NCBI GenBank assembly: GCA_965250285.1
Contig: OZ252299.1
Location: 2,688,001 to 2,752,000, forward strand
Origin: Myxococcota bacterium
GTDB lineage: Bacteria > Myxococcota_A > UBA9160 > UBA4427
Length of the DNA stretch: 64,000 nt
Direction of reading: 5' to 3'
The notes beneath the pieces are model-generated. The model was not told the DNA's origin. It saw nothing but the letters and a program-made list of their open reading frames with translations, and made no database searches. Positions 9,674 through 21,163 of the stretch are shown one piece after another (within the stretch, counting starts at the first letter, position 1; each line of letters begins with the position of its first letter). Made by a program: the position numbers and the translations under genes.

Positions 9674-10875
9674 GGTGCCCCCCCGGCGCCGGCCGCGGGT
9701 GCTCCCTCGAGCGCAGGCAGCACATCGGCGAGCCGCGCGAGCGCCGCGTCGATCACCGCGTCTTCGACGGCGAAGCAGAAGCGCAGGTGCCCCTCGGCGA
9801 CCGACCCGAAGTCGATGCCCGGCGTCACGCCGACGCCCGCGCGCTCGAGCAGCTCGAAGGCCAGCGCCCGGCTGTCGGCGCCGAAGCGGCGCGCGTCGGC
9901 CAGCACATAGAACGCACCATCGGGGGGGCGCGCGACGCCGAAGCCGAGGGCGCGCAGGCCCTCAACCAGGCGATCACGACGCGGCTGGTAGCGCGCGCGC
10001 CGGGCCGCCACGTCGGGCGTGCCCTGCTCGAGGGCGGCGATGCCCGCGTGCTGCACGAAGCGGCTCGCCGAGATGAAGAAGCTCTGCTGCATGATCTGCA
10101 GCCGCCGCACGTCGGCCTCGGGCGCGACCACCCAGCCGAGCCTGAACCCGGTCATCGCGTAGCGCTTCGAGAAGCCGTCGAGGACGTAGAGCGGCGCGTC
10201 CCCTTCGGTCTCGAGGGCGCTCGTGATGCCCGGCGCGGCGTAGGTCAGCCCATCGTAGATCTCGTCGGAGATGATCGTGAGGCCGCTCTCGCGCAGGCGT
10301 TCGAGGGCGTCACGGGTCTGCACGGCGCCGGTCGGGTTGGCGGGCGAGCCGAGGATCACCGCCCGGGTGCGGTCGGTGCGCGCCGATTCGATCGCGTCGA
10401 CCGAGACGCGCCAGCCCGCCTCGGCGCGTGTGGGCACGTAGACGGGCTTCCCCCCGCAGAAGCGCACGAAGTTCGGGTAGCAGGGGTAGTGGGGTGTGGG
10501 CACGATCACCTCGCCGCCGTGCTCGAGCACCGATGCGACGACCATCAACAGCGCGGGCGACGTGCCGCCGGTGACGATCACGCGCTCGGGCGACACGTCG
10601 ACACCGAAGCGCCGGTGGAGATCTCTTGCGATGGCTTCGCGCAGGGGGGCGAGGCCGCGGCTGTCGGTGTAGCGGGTCTCGCCCTGAGCGAGGGCGGTCG
10701 AGATCGCGTCGAGCGCGGCCTGGGGCGCGGCGCCATCGGGCTCCCCGATCTCGAGGTGAAGCACCTCGCGGCCGGCCGCCTCGAGCTCGAAGGCGCGCTC
10801 CATCACCTCCATGGCGAGAAAGGGCTCGAGATCGGCGACCCGGGGGCCGGCAGGAGGCGGTTGCACAGGCGGCAT
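9670..10875 (-). CDS. PLP-dependent aminotransferase class I/II (AspAT-like)
   Basis: HLEIGEPD, SPANPTG, ISDEIY, GFSKRYAMTGFRLG, PDGAFY; start MPPVQ at 10875. Confidence 0.92.
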   Translation of the reverse strand: MPPVQPPPAGPRVADLEPFLAMEVMERAFELEAAGREVLHLEIGEPDGAAPQAALDAISTALAQGETRYTDSRGLAPLREAIARDLHRRFGVDVSPERVIVTGGTSPALLMVVASVLEHGGEVIVPTPHYPCYPNFVRFCGGKPVYVPTRAEAGWRVSVDAIESARTDRTRAVILGSPANPTGAVQTRDALERLRESGLTIISDEIYDGLTYAAPGITSALETEGDAPLYVLDGFSKRYAMTGFRLGWVVAPEADVRRLQIMQQSFFISASRFVQHAGIAALEQGTPDVAARRARYQPRRDRLVEGLRALGFGVARPPDGAFYVLADARRFGADSRALAFELLERAGVGVTPGIDFGSVAEGHLRFCFAVEDAVIDAALARLADVLPALEGAPAAGAGGAP

Positions 10876-10881
10876 GGCGGC

Positions 10882-10911
10882 GGAGTAGCCGACCCGGTGA
10901 TGCCATGTCAA
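10882..10911 (-). promoter_or_regulatory. sigma-70-type promoter of the aminotransferase (probably leaderless)
   Basis: TTGACA-N18-TACTCC, then 6 nt to ATG 10875; no SD. Confidence 0.55.
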
Positions 10912-10978
10912 CCGGACCGGTTCTGCCACAATGCGTTGCAAGTCCCCGGAAACGCGAGTGTTTCGTGCCTGTCCGGCT

Positions 10979-11007
10979 TTGACACGGGGCACCCCTGTAG
11001 CTACGTT
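10979..11007 (+). promoter_or_regulatory. sigma-70-type promoter of the ccm operon
   Basis: TTGACA-N17-TACGTT. Confidence 0.7.
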
Positions 11008-11170
11008 CCGCGCGTCGTCGAACCCAGCTCTTCGCGCGAGGGGCCCAAGCCGACGTGACGGCCTCGCGGCCGCTGCGCGCACCTCGCGATCCGCAGACCA
11101 CGACGACCCGAGGCGACGTCCGCGCCACCGAGCCGCCTGCGCCCTCGCCCCTGCAAAGGGAGACGCCCCG

Positions 11171-11719
11171 ATGTCCGAGCCGACTTCACCTGCCGATCCA
11201 AACGCCCCTGGCACGCCCGACTCGGGCCTGGGCGATGGCGGCGGCGTGGGCAAGGGGATCCAGCTCGCGATCGGTGCGCTGATCGTGGCGGCGCTGCTCG
11301 GTTGGTACGGCTGGACGAATCTCCAGCAGGGCGCGTCATTCCAGTACTTCCAGAGCCTCGATGAATTCATGGCCCAGGCACCGCCGCCCGCCGACGTCGG
11401 GCTGCGCCTGCACGGCTACGTCGCGAACACCTCGATCGAACGCGACCTCGAGGGCAAGGAGGTGCGCTTCCGCGTGCAGAGCGAGCCGCCCCACGCCGTC
11501 GGCGACGCCGATCAGACGCTCTCGGTGGTCTTCGCGAGCCTCGAGACGCCCGATCTGTTCAAGGACGGCGCCGAGGTCGTGCTCGAAGGTCGCATGAGCC
11601 AGGCGGGTGGCGCCCCGATCTTCGTCGCAGACAACGTCATGGCGAAGTGCCCGTCGAAGTTCGAAGCGAAGCTCGCGAGCGAGCAGGCCGAAGCCGAAGC
11701 CCAAGGCGCACGACTCTGA
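11171..11719 (+). CDS. ccmE: Cytochrome c maturation heme chaperone CcmE (Cys variant)
   Basis: N-terminal TM, LRLHGYV, TPDLFKDGAEVVLEG, VMAKCPSKF; first gene of the ccm cluster. Confidence 0.9.
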   Translation: MSEPTSPADPNAPGTPDSGLGDGGGVGKGIQLAIGALIVAALLGWYGWTNLQQGASFQYFQSLDEFMAQAPPPADVGLRLHGYVANTSIERDLEGKEVRFRVQSEPPHAVGDADQTLSVVFASLETPDLFKDGAEVVLEGRMSQAGGAPIFVADNVMAKCPSKFEAKLASEQAEAEAQGARL

Positions 11720-11800
11720 GCCGGCTGCGCCCACCGGCCCCACAGCCCGATCCACCGCCGAAACCGCCACCTATGCGGGTCGGCCAACGGAGAACCCCTG

Positions 11801-13770
<1,970 letters not shown>

Positions 13771-13774
<4 letters not shown>

Positions 13775-15738
13775 GCACACACTCGATTCGATCCACGCGG
13801 GTCGACACGACTGCGCGGCGCATCGGCGCGTCGGGCCTGCTCGCATGCGCGTGGCTTGCGCTGCTCTTCGCGGGCGGGGCACCGGCCTCGGCGCAGGCGC
13901 CCTCGCCCCACGCCGGCGGCGGCGCGAGCAGCGTGCCGGCGCTGCCGCCGGGCGACGGCCAGATGACCATCGACGTCGTCGTGAAGGGCAGCGATGCCCC
14001 GGCGGCCGGCGTCGACGTCGCGCTCTACGCGCTCTCCCCCGATGGCACCCCCGGGCTCGGCAGCGGGGTCACCGACACGAACGGCCGCTTCGTGTTCGAG
14101 GGCCTCTCGACCGACGGGGCGATCACCTATCTCGCCGGCGCGAACTACGAGGGCGTCCCCTTCGGCGAGCGCGTCGCGTTCGAGCCCGGCCAGACGGCGC
14201 AGCGCGTCCGCCTCGAGGTCATCCGCGCGAGCGTCGAAGGCCCGCCGATCCGTGTCGAGGAGACCCGGGTGCAGGTGGGCTGGCTCGGCCGGCTGCTGCT
14301 CTTCGATGTCACGGTGCTGGTGCGCAACCCCGGCGAGACCGTGCGCAAGATCGACGGCGCGGCGCGAAGCGATCATCCGCCGCTCTTCGAGGCGGCCCTG
14401 CCGGCCCAGTTCGTCGAGTTCGCCGAGGCGGCCGTCGGGTTCGCCGACGGCCTCGAAAGAGATGGCACGAAGCTGCGCTTCTTCGGGCCCGTCTACCCCG
14501 GTCAGCAGGAGATCCGCTGGCGTTTCACCTATGCGGTGCCCGACGACGCCGGCGGCACCACCGTCGACATCGACCTACCCCAGCCTCGGGGCAGCGGGCG
14601 CCTGAGCGTGCTGACCCCGAGCTCGGGGCCGCTGCTCGCACCGAGTGAAGAGCGCGCATCGCAGCCCGTCGAGCGCGAGGGCGTGCTCTACGACCTGGCC
14701 GAGCTCGCCGCAGTCCCGCCCGGCGGCACGCTCGACCTGAAGCTCGAGGTGCCGGCGTCGCGATCCGACACGAACGCAATCGACGTCCCCCGAGCCGACT
14801 GGTGGCTCGATCACGACGACGCGGTCGTCGAGGTGCGCGGTCAGATCCAGCTCGAGGTGGCCCCCGGCCCCCACGTGCAGGGCACGCCCGAGGCGCCCCT
14901 CATTCACATCGAACTGCCCGAAGGCGCCCGTCTGGGTGGCGTGTCCGCCGCGACCCAGGCCCTCGGAATCGGCGAAGGCCTCGACGGTGGCATCGACGTG
15001 ATCGGGCCCATCCCGCCCGGCTCGTCGAGCATCGAGTTCGGCTACGAGGTGTCGACCGGTGCCGACGGCGCGCTCGATCTCGAGCTCGGGCTGAGTCGAC
15101 CGGTCGATGTGGTGAACGTGCTGGTCGCCGACAACGGCATCGCCGTCGACAGCGACCAGCTGCATCGCCGGCGGCCCTTCCGACAGGGCACGCGAAACTA
15201 TCTGCATCGCCGCGCGTTCCAGGTCGGTGCCAACGAACGCATCGACGTGCGGCTGGCGCCGCTCGACGACCAGGCCGCGCCGCGCAACCGGTCGCTGCTC
15301 GCCGTACTCGTGCTCGGCGGCGGCGCCGCGTGGTTCCTCGTGGCGCCGCTCCGAGCGCGTCCGCGCGACGACGAGGCGACCGCAACGGGTGACGGTGAGC
15401 AGGCCTGGCAGCGCGAGATGATCTACGAGGCGATCCGCGATCTCGACCTCGACCTCGAGACCGGGAAGGTCTCGGAGCAGGATCACGCGGAGATGCGGGC
15501 CAAGCTCCGCGCCGAGGCCATCGAGCTGGTGCGCGCCGAGCGAGCAAGCCGCGCCGCGAGCGAGGCCACGACCGGCTCGGCCGCGTCGAGTGGGGCCACC
15601 GCCGAAGGCCAAGGCGCCGGCGAGGCGACCGAACCGAGCGCTCCGGCCCGGGGCGCATTCTGCCCGCACTGCGGCGGACGGGTCGAGCCCGACTGGCAAT
15701 TCTGCAGCCACTGCGGCGGGGAGCTCACCCCGTCGTGA
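13771..15738 (+). CDS. Membrane-anchored ccm-associated protein: periplasmic beta domains, TM, CcmI-like helix, C-terminal double zinc ribbon
   Basis: Signal-like N-terminus; GVTDTNGRFVFEGL (carboxypeptidase-regulatory-like); TM LLAVLVLGGGAAWFLVAPL; IYEAIRDLDLDLETGKVSEQDHAEMR; CPHCG...CSHCG; overlaps both ccmF and ccmA. Confidence 0.75.
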
Positions 15739-16433
15739 CCCGCACGCTGCTCGAGGCCCGGGGCATCGAGAAGCGTTTCGGCGCGGTCACGGCGCTGCGC
15801 GGCATCGACCTCGACGTCGTGAGTCATCACGTCCTTGGCGTCGTCGGCCCGAACGGCGCCGGCAAGAGCACGCTCCTCAAGCTACTCGCCGGGCTCGCGC
15901 GCCCGACGGCTGGGCGCATCGCGCGAAGCAGTGGCGCCGACCGGCGCGGCGACGTCGGCTACCTCGGGCACGCCACCCTGCTCTACCCCGAGCTGACCGC
16001 GGCCGAGAACCTCGCCTTCGTCGGGCGCCTGCATGGCGTCACCGACCCGGGCGGCCGTGCGCGCACGCTGCTCGAGGAGGAAGGCCTCGCCGAGGTGGCG
16101 GACCGACGCGCGGGGACCTTCTCGCGCGGCATGGCCCAGCGCCTCTCGATCGCCCGGGCGCGCGTGCACGACCCCGCGCTCGTACTGCTCGATGAGCCCT
16201 TCACCGGCCTCGACCTGCCCGCGGCCGAGCGCCTCGCCGCGCGGGTCGGTGCGCTCCGCGATGCGGGACACGGCCTCGTGCTCGTCACCCACGACGTGCG
16301 CCAGGCCGCCGAGCTCTGCGACACGGTGCTCGTCCTGTCGGGCGGCCGCGTCGCGCTGCACGCCGACGCGGCGACGACGTCGGCCGACGCGCTGGCCGCG
16401 CGCTACGCCGAGGTCGCGGGGGCCCGCGCATGA
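15735..16433 (+). CDS. ccmA: Heme exporter ATP-binding protein CcmA
   Basis: GPNGAGKST, YLGHATLLYPELTAAENL, FSRGMAQR, LLDEP; ccm context. Confidence 0.9.
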   Translation: MTRTLLEARGIEKRFGAVTALRGIDLDVVSHHVLGVVGPNGAGKSTLLKLLAGLARPTAGRIARSSGADRRGDVGYLGHATLLYPELTAAENLAFVGRLHGVTDPGGRARTLLEEEGLAEVADRRAGTFSRGMAQRLSIARARVHDPALVLLDEPFTGLDLPAAERLAARVGALRDAGHGLVLVTHDVRQAAELCDTVLVLSGGRVALHADAATTSADALAARYAEVAGARA

Positions 16434-17095
16434 ACGTCGCCCTCGCCGTCCTCGTCAAGGATCTCGTCACCGAGTGGCGTTCGCGCGACCGCGTCGTGGC
16501 CATGGCGCTCTTCGCTCTGCTGATGGCCATGGTGTTTCACTTCGCCTTGCCGACCCTCGACGACGATGCGCTGCGCGAGGCGCTGGCTGGGCTCTTGTGG
16601 ACGGCCTTCGTCTTCTCGGCGCTGCTCGGCCTGAACCGGTCGTTCGCCCTCGAGCTCGAGAACGACGCGCTCGCGAACCTGATGGGCGTGCCGGGCAATC
16701 GCGGCCACGTGTTCCTCGGCAAGGCCGCGGCGAACTTCGTGCTGGTCTCGATCACGGCGGCGATGACGACGTTCGCGTTCGCCGTGCTCTTCGACGTCAG
16801 CCTGTGGGCGCATGTCGGTCCGCTCGCGGTCGTCGTCGGGCTCGGCCTCCTCGGGCTCTGCGCGATCGGCACGCTGTTCGCGTGCATGTCGGTTCGCACG
16901 CGCTTTCGCGAGGTGCTGCTGCCGATCCTGCTGCTGCCCGCACTGTTCCCGGTGCTCGCCGGTGCGGTGGGCGGCACGCTCGCGGTGCTCGCCGGCGATC
17001 CCCTACCCTTCGCCGCCGTCCAGCTCCTGATCGTGGTCGACGGCATCTACCTCGTGGTCGGGTTCCTCGGCTTCGACCTGATTCTCGATGAATAG
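16430..17095 (+). CDS. ccmB: Heme exporter protein CcmB
   Basis: KDLVTEWRSR, LGLNRSFALELEND, REVLLPILLLP; multiple TM segments. Confidence 0.92.
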   Translation: MNVALAVLVKDLVTEWRSRDRVVAMALFALLMAMVFHFALPTLDDDALREALAGLLWTAFVFSALLGLNRSFALELENDALANLMGVPGNRGHVFLGKAAANFVLVSITAAMTTFAFAVLFDVSLWAHVGPLAVVVGLGLLGLCAIGTLFACMSVRTRFREVLLPILLLPALFPVLAGAVGGTLAVLAGDPLPFAAVQLLIVVDGIYLVVGFLGFDLILDE

Positions 17096-17128
17096 TCCGC
17101 GCTCGGCGGACGCAAGAGGAGAGACCCG

Positions 17129-17845
17129 ATGAGCGGTCTCGCACAATCGGACGAGAGCATCCTCGAGGCGCGCATCCAGCGCTCCATCGGTCCCCTCGGC
17201 ATCGTCATGGTGGTGCTGGCGCTGGTCTGGGGCTGGGCCGTCGTGCAGGCGCCGATCGACTCGGTGCAAGGCGTGATCCAGAAGATCCTCTACGTGCACC
17301 CGCCGCTCGCGTACGGCACCTACCTCGGCTTCGTCGTGACCGCGGTCGCGGGCGGCGTGTATCTGGCGCGAGGCCGCGAGGAGTGGGACCGACTCGCGAT
17401 CGCGGGGGCCGAGGTCGGCGTGATCTTCTGCATCCTGATGCTGATCACCGGGCCGATCTGGGCGAAGGGCACCTGGGGCCGCTGGTGGTCGTGGGACCCC
17501 CGGCTCACGGTGACGCTCCTGCTCTTCTTCGTCTATCTCGCGTACCTGCTGCTCCGCAACTTCGCCGGCCCGGGCCCGCGCACGGCGCGGTTCGCTTCGG
17601 TGTACGGGATCGTCGGCGTGGTTCTGATTCCCCTCAATTACTACATCATCGAAATCTTCGACAATCGCTCGATGCACCCCGAGAACCTCGAGCGAGGCAG
17701 CCTCGGCGACGGCATGGGCTGGCCGTTCCTGATGGGCAACCTGGCCCTCTTCTTCGCCTTCGTCTATCTGCTGCTGCTGCGCTGGAGCGTCGAGAATCTG
17801 CGCGCGCGGGACGCCCGTCAGATGGCCGAGGAGGGCGCCCCGTGA
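17129..17845 (+). CDS. ccmC: Heme exporter/chaperone loader CcmC
   Basis: ILYVHPP, WWD motif TGPIWAKGTWGRWWSWDPRLT, MHP. Confidence 0.95.
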   Translation: MSGLAQSDESILEARIQRSIGPLGIVMVVLALVWGWAVVQAPIDSVQGVIQKILYVHPPLAYGTYLGFVVTAVAGGVYLARGREEWDRLAIAGAEVGVIFCILMLITGPIWAKGTWGRWWSWDPRLTVTLLLFFVYLAYLLLRNFAGPGPRTARFASVYGIVGVVLIPLNYYIIEIFDNRSMHPENLERGSLGDGMGWPFLMGNLALFFAFVYLLLLRWSVENLRARDARQMAEEGAP

Positions 17846-17943
17846 GCTATCTGATCGCCGCCTACGCCGTCACCCTCGTCACACTGGTGGGCTATGGCCT
17901 CGCTCTCGTGCGCGAGCGCAATCGCCGGCGCGGCGACGGCTGA
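17842..17943 (+). CDS. ccmD: CcmD-like small membrane protein (33 aa)
   Basis: GTGA overlap with the ccmC stop; MSYLIAAYAVTLVTLVGYGLALVRERNRRRGDG (YxxxAY + TM + basic tail). Confidence 0.8.
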   Translation: MSYLIAAYAVTLVTLVGYGLALVRERNRRRGDG

Positions 17944-17994
17944 AGCGCGGCCAGCGCACACTCGGCAGGCCCGCCGACATCAGAGAGACGGTGG

Positions 17995-18024
17995 TTGACA
18001 GCCTGCTTGGCAGCGGGGTATCAA
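17995..18024 (+). promoter_or_regulatory. Putative sigma-70 promoter in a long intergenic region
   Basis: TTGACA-N18-TATCAA. Confidence 0.45.
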
Positions 18025-18484
18025 GTCGGTGGCAGCGGCCGGGTCGGGCCCGGACGCTTCCTCCCCGAACCCCAGGCTCGTCCACCCGAACAGCAATCCA
18101 GCGCAGCGAGGCGTCCAGCCACGGGCGCTCGAAGCGGCACTCAGACGGGCCCAGGACCGCGGCTTTGCGTGCCGCGACCCCTGAGCCGAGCGGGGCCGGC
18201 CCCGGCTGTCATGCGACAGCAGGTGGCCAACCGGCCAAGCGAGTGGACCACAAGGGGTGCACGAGGAGCGCACAGAGGGTGAAGGAATTTGCGGGGTCCA
18301 CGCGGGGCGGCAGTGAATGTCTCATTCGCGCCGCTCGGGCCCCCTCGGCACCGATCGCATCGGCGGCGACCCCGTCGGGCGGCGGCTGAGCAGCGCGCAG
18401 AGCGAACGCAACAGCCGGCACAAGTGTCCGAATTCGCGATCGGACGACCCGCCGGGATAGAGACGCGAACGAAGTGATCGCAGG

Positions 18485-18499
18485 TGGCATGGCACTTGC
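18485..18499 (+). promoter_or_regulatory. sigma-54 (-24/-12) promoter
   Basis: TGGCAT-GGCAC-TTGC matches TGGCAY-N5-TTGC, about 160 bp upstream of the 18657 ATG. Confidence 0.75.
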
Positions 18500-18656
18500 G
18501 ATCTAAGCCCGGGACGGCCCCGGCAGCATCGAGAAACGGGACCGTCGGCATTTCTGGAGCAACCCGACAGGGGGCGCTCCGAGTCGGCTCGAGCACCGAC
18601 CCTGGCCCAGCGGCCAGTCGGCCAGAAGCGCGAGCCAGGAGGCATCCGAAACCGGG

Positions 18657-19154
18657 ATGGCCAGCATGAAGCGCGGCGTCGGATACTGCGAGAACACCGA
18701 TTGTGAGGACTACGCCAAGGGCGTGTTCCTGCTCAATCACGGTGACACGTTCTATTGCCCCCGCTGCCGACAGCTCGGCAAGGTGGAGAAGGAACGCGGC
18801 TTCTACACGGGCAACTCCGACATCTTCAAGGAGGTCCGCGTCGAGTACAACTTCGACCCGATCAACGGCGTGTACCGTGAGATCGCGATCGTGCGCGACG
18901 AGAGCCTCTGGGGCCGCAACAACGTCTACACCCTGCAGTCGCCGCTGATCAAGACCGAGAAGCGCGCGCTCAAGGTCGCCGAGGCGATCCTCGCGAACCT
19001 CAACCGCTACCGCGGGTTGCTGAACGGCGACGAGATCCCGCGCACCACCGAGATCATCCTCTCGTTCGACGACCCGTTCGACGAGTTCTCGCGCAAGCTG
19101 AAGCAGCTCTCGAAGGAGTGGGAGGCCAGCGGGCTGCGCGAGCAGCGTCGCTGA
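18657..19154 (+). CDS. Hypothetical protein with N-terminal 4-Cys zinc-binding motif
   Basis: CENTDC...CPRC; strongly biased codon usage; AGGAGG upstream; own promoter and terminator. Alternative start 18666. Confidence 0.85.
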   Translation: MASMKRGVGYCENTDCEDYAKGVFLLNHGDTFYCPRCRQLGKVEKERGFYTGNSDIFKEVRVEYNFDPINGVYREIAIVRDESLWGRNNVYTLQSPLIKTEKRALKVAEAILANLNRYRGLLNGDEIPRTTEIILSFDDPFDEFSRKLKQLSKEWEASGLREQRR

Positions 19155-19246
19155 GCCACGACGCACAGGATCCGGCAGACCTTCGAATCACTCGAATGAC
19201 TCAACCCATCGAGCGTGCCTGACGGGGCACCTCGAAGGCTGCTCCA

Positions 19247-19281
19247 GACGGCCCCCTCGTTTCGAGGGGGCCGTCGTCGTT
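19247..19281 (+). terminator. Terminator hairpin between convergent genes
   Basis: GACGGCCCCCTCG-TTT-CGAGGGGGCCGTC followed by GTCGTT. Confidence 0.7.
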
Positions 19282-19303
19282 ACGGGGCGCGGATGAGAGG
19301 CGC

Positions 19304-19876
19304 TCAGTCGGCTTCGTCGCGCATGCGCATCCGCAGGTCGATCTTCATGCCGGCCCAGATGGCCTCGACGCCCTGATGCTCGCGCCGAACGACCGGATCG
19401 ACGCGGTCTTCGAGGGCGTCGGCGAGCGGCGCGCGGTACCAGGGGAAGAGCTCGTCGGGCAGCGCGTCGACCGGGACGAATCGCACGGCGAGGTTCTCAC
19501 TGCTCGGCCGGGGTGTACCCGACGCGACGCGGCAGCGGTACACCCGCGCGGTGTGCGGGCGGAAGCCGTCGCGCACGTAGTCACCGACGTGGTGGTCGAC
19601 CTCGATCTCGAGCCCGGTCTCTTCGCGCAGCTCGCGCACGAGCGCCTGCTCGAGATCTTCGCCCGGCTCGGGGGTGCCTCCGGGCAGCTCCCAGCCGACC
19701 AGGTCGCTGCGCACGGCCAGCAGCACCTCCGGCACCCCACCCTCGCCCGGCCGCAGGACGACGGCCTGCACGATGACGAGAGCCTTCTTCTCGAGCGGCG
19801 TGCGCGGCGCAACGAGGCCCCACCACGCGATCTTCGCGTAGCTCGCGAAGGCCGACGCGAGGCGAGCCGCCTTCAT
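19304..19876 (-). CDS. NUDIX hydrolase
   Basis: Perfect Nudix box [23 protein letters not shown]; starts 4 bp after the hisG stop. Confidence 0.9.
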   Translation of the reverse strand: MKAARLASAFASYAKIAWWGLVAPRTPLEKKALVIVQAVVLRPGEGGVPEVLLAVRSDLVGWELPGGTPEPGEDLEQALVRELREETGLEIEVDHHVGDYVRDGFRPHTARVYRCRVASGTPRPSSENLAVRFVPVDALPDELFPWYRAPLADALEDRVDPVVRREHQGVEAIWAGMKIDLRMRMRDEAD

Positions 19877-19880
19877 GACG

Positions 19881-20768
19881 TCAATCGATGAACTTGTTGA
19901 GCGGCGTCTCGACCAGCGCGGTCGCGCCGGCGGCGTGCAGCTTCGGCACGAGGTCGCGGACGAGCTGCTCCTCGATCACGACGAAGACGTCGACCCAGGC
20001 CTCGTCTGCCAGCGTCGACACCGTGGGTGCGCCGGCGTCGGGCAGCATCGCGAGCACGGCGTCGAGGTGGTCGCGCTGCACGTTCATCCCGAGGCCGACC
20101 TTCGTCGCGGCGGCGATCGCACCGCGCAGCAGCATCAGCAGCCGGTCCATCTTGTCGCGCTTCCACTCGTCCTTGGCCGCGTCTCGATTGGCGACGAAGC
20201 GCGGCGTGCTCACCATCAGCGTGTCGAGCACCTTGAGGTTGTTGGCACGCAGACTCGAGCCCGTCTCGGTCACGTCGACGATCGCGTCGGCCAGCACGGG
20301 CGGCTTGACCTCGGTCGCGCCCCAGCTGAACTCGATCTGGGCCTCGACGCCCTTCTCACGGAAGTACTTCTCGGTCAGACCGACGACCTCGGCCGCGATG
20401 CGCTTGCCCTGCAGGTCGTGGACGCTCTCGAAGGGCGAGCCCTGCTTCGCGGCGAGGATCCAGCGCACGGGGCCGTAGTTCGGCCAGGGCGCGCGCAGGT
20501 CGGCGAGCTCCTCGACGTCGGCGCCGCTCTCGATCACCCAATCGGCGCCGGTGATCCCGCAGTCCATGACGCCCTGATCGATGTAGCGCGCCATCTCCTG
20601 CGGCCGGATCAGGATGCACTCGATCTCGGGGTCGTCGATCGTCGGGTAGTACGACCGCGAGGCGACGCGAATCTGGTAGCCCGCCTTCGCGAAGAGCTGC
20701 AGCGTCGTCTCCTGCAGGCTGCCCTTGGGCAGCGCGAGCATCAGCTTGTGGGCTTCGCCTTCGCTCAC
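19881..20768 (-). CDS. hisG: ATP phosphoribosyltransferase (long form)
   Basis: [53 protein letters not shown]-terminal regulatory domain. Confidence 0.96.
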   Translation of the reverse strand: MSEGEAHKLMLALPKGSLQETTLQLFAKAGYQIRVASRSYYPTIDDPEIECILIRPQEMARYIDQGVMDCGITGADWVIESGADVEELADLRAPWPNYGPVRWILAAKQGSPFESVHDLQGKRIAAEVVGLTEKYFREKGVEAQIEFSWGATEVKPPVLADAIVDVTETGSSLRANNLKVLDTLMVSTPRFVANRDAAKDEWKRDKMDRLLMLLRGAIAAATKVGLGMNVQRDHLDAVLAMLPDAGAPTVSTLADEAWVDVFVVIEEQLVRDLVPKLHAAGATALVETPLNKFID

Positions 20769-21151
20769 TTCTTGTAGACCTCGTCCGGGTCGAACACCTG
20801 CATGCCGACGTCCTCGATCTCACCCTGATCGATCCGGCGGTAGAAGCAGTTGCGTTTGCCCGTGTGGCAGGCCGCCCCGCCGATCTGCTCGACCTTCAGC
20901 ACGAGGGCGTCGCCGTCGCAGTCGACGTACATGCCCTTCAGCTTCTGGACGTTCCCGCTCTCCTCGCCCTTGTGCCAGAGCTTCTTGCGGCTGCGGCTCC
21001 AGTACACGACCTCGCCGATCTCGAGCGTGCGCGCGACCGACTCGGGGTTCATGTACGCCACCATCAACACTTCACCGGTGGTGTCGTCCTGAGCGATCGC
21101 GGTCACCAGACCGCCGCCCTTGTCGAAGTCGATGATGTCGGTGGGATCCAT
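20765..21151 (-). CDS. hisI: Phosphoribosyl-AMP cyclohydrolase (monofunctional)
   Basis: [32 protein letters not shown]; 128 aa with no HisE domain. Confidence 0.96.
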   Translation of the reverse strand: MDPTDIIDFDKGGGLVTAIAQDDTTGEVLMVAYMNPESVARTLEIGEVVYWSRSRKKLWHKGEESGNVQKLKGMYVDCDGDALVLKVEQIGGAACHTGKRNCFYRRIDQGEIEDVGMQVFDPDEVYKK

Positions 21152-21163
21152 GGGGGGCGCAGC

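Noticed and set aside
7698..9725. 675-aa fusion of a serine hydrolase with an N-terminal domain
   Set aside because: The N-terminal part is an off-frame reading of engB; the hydrolase starts at 8930.
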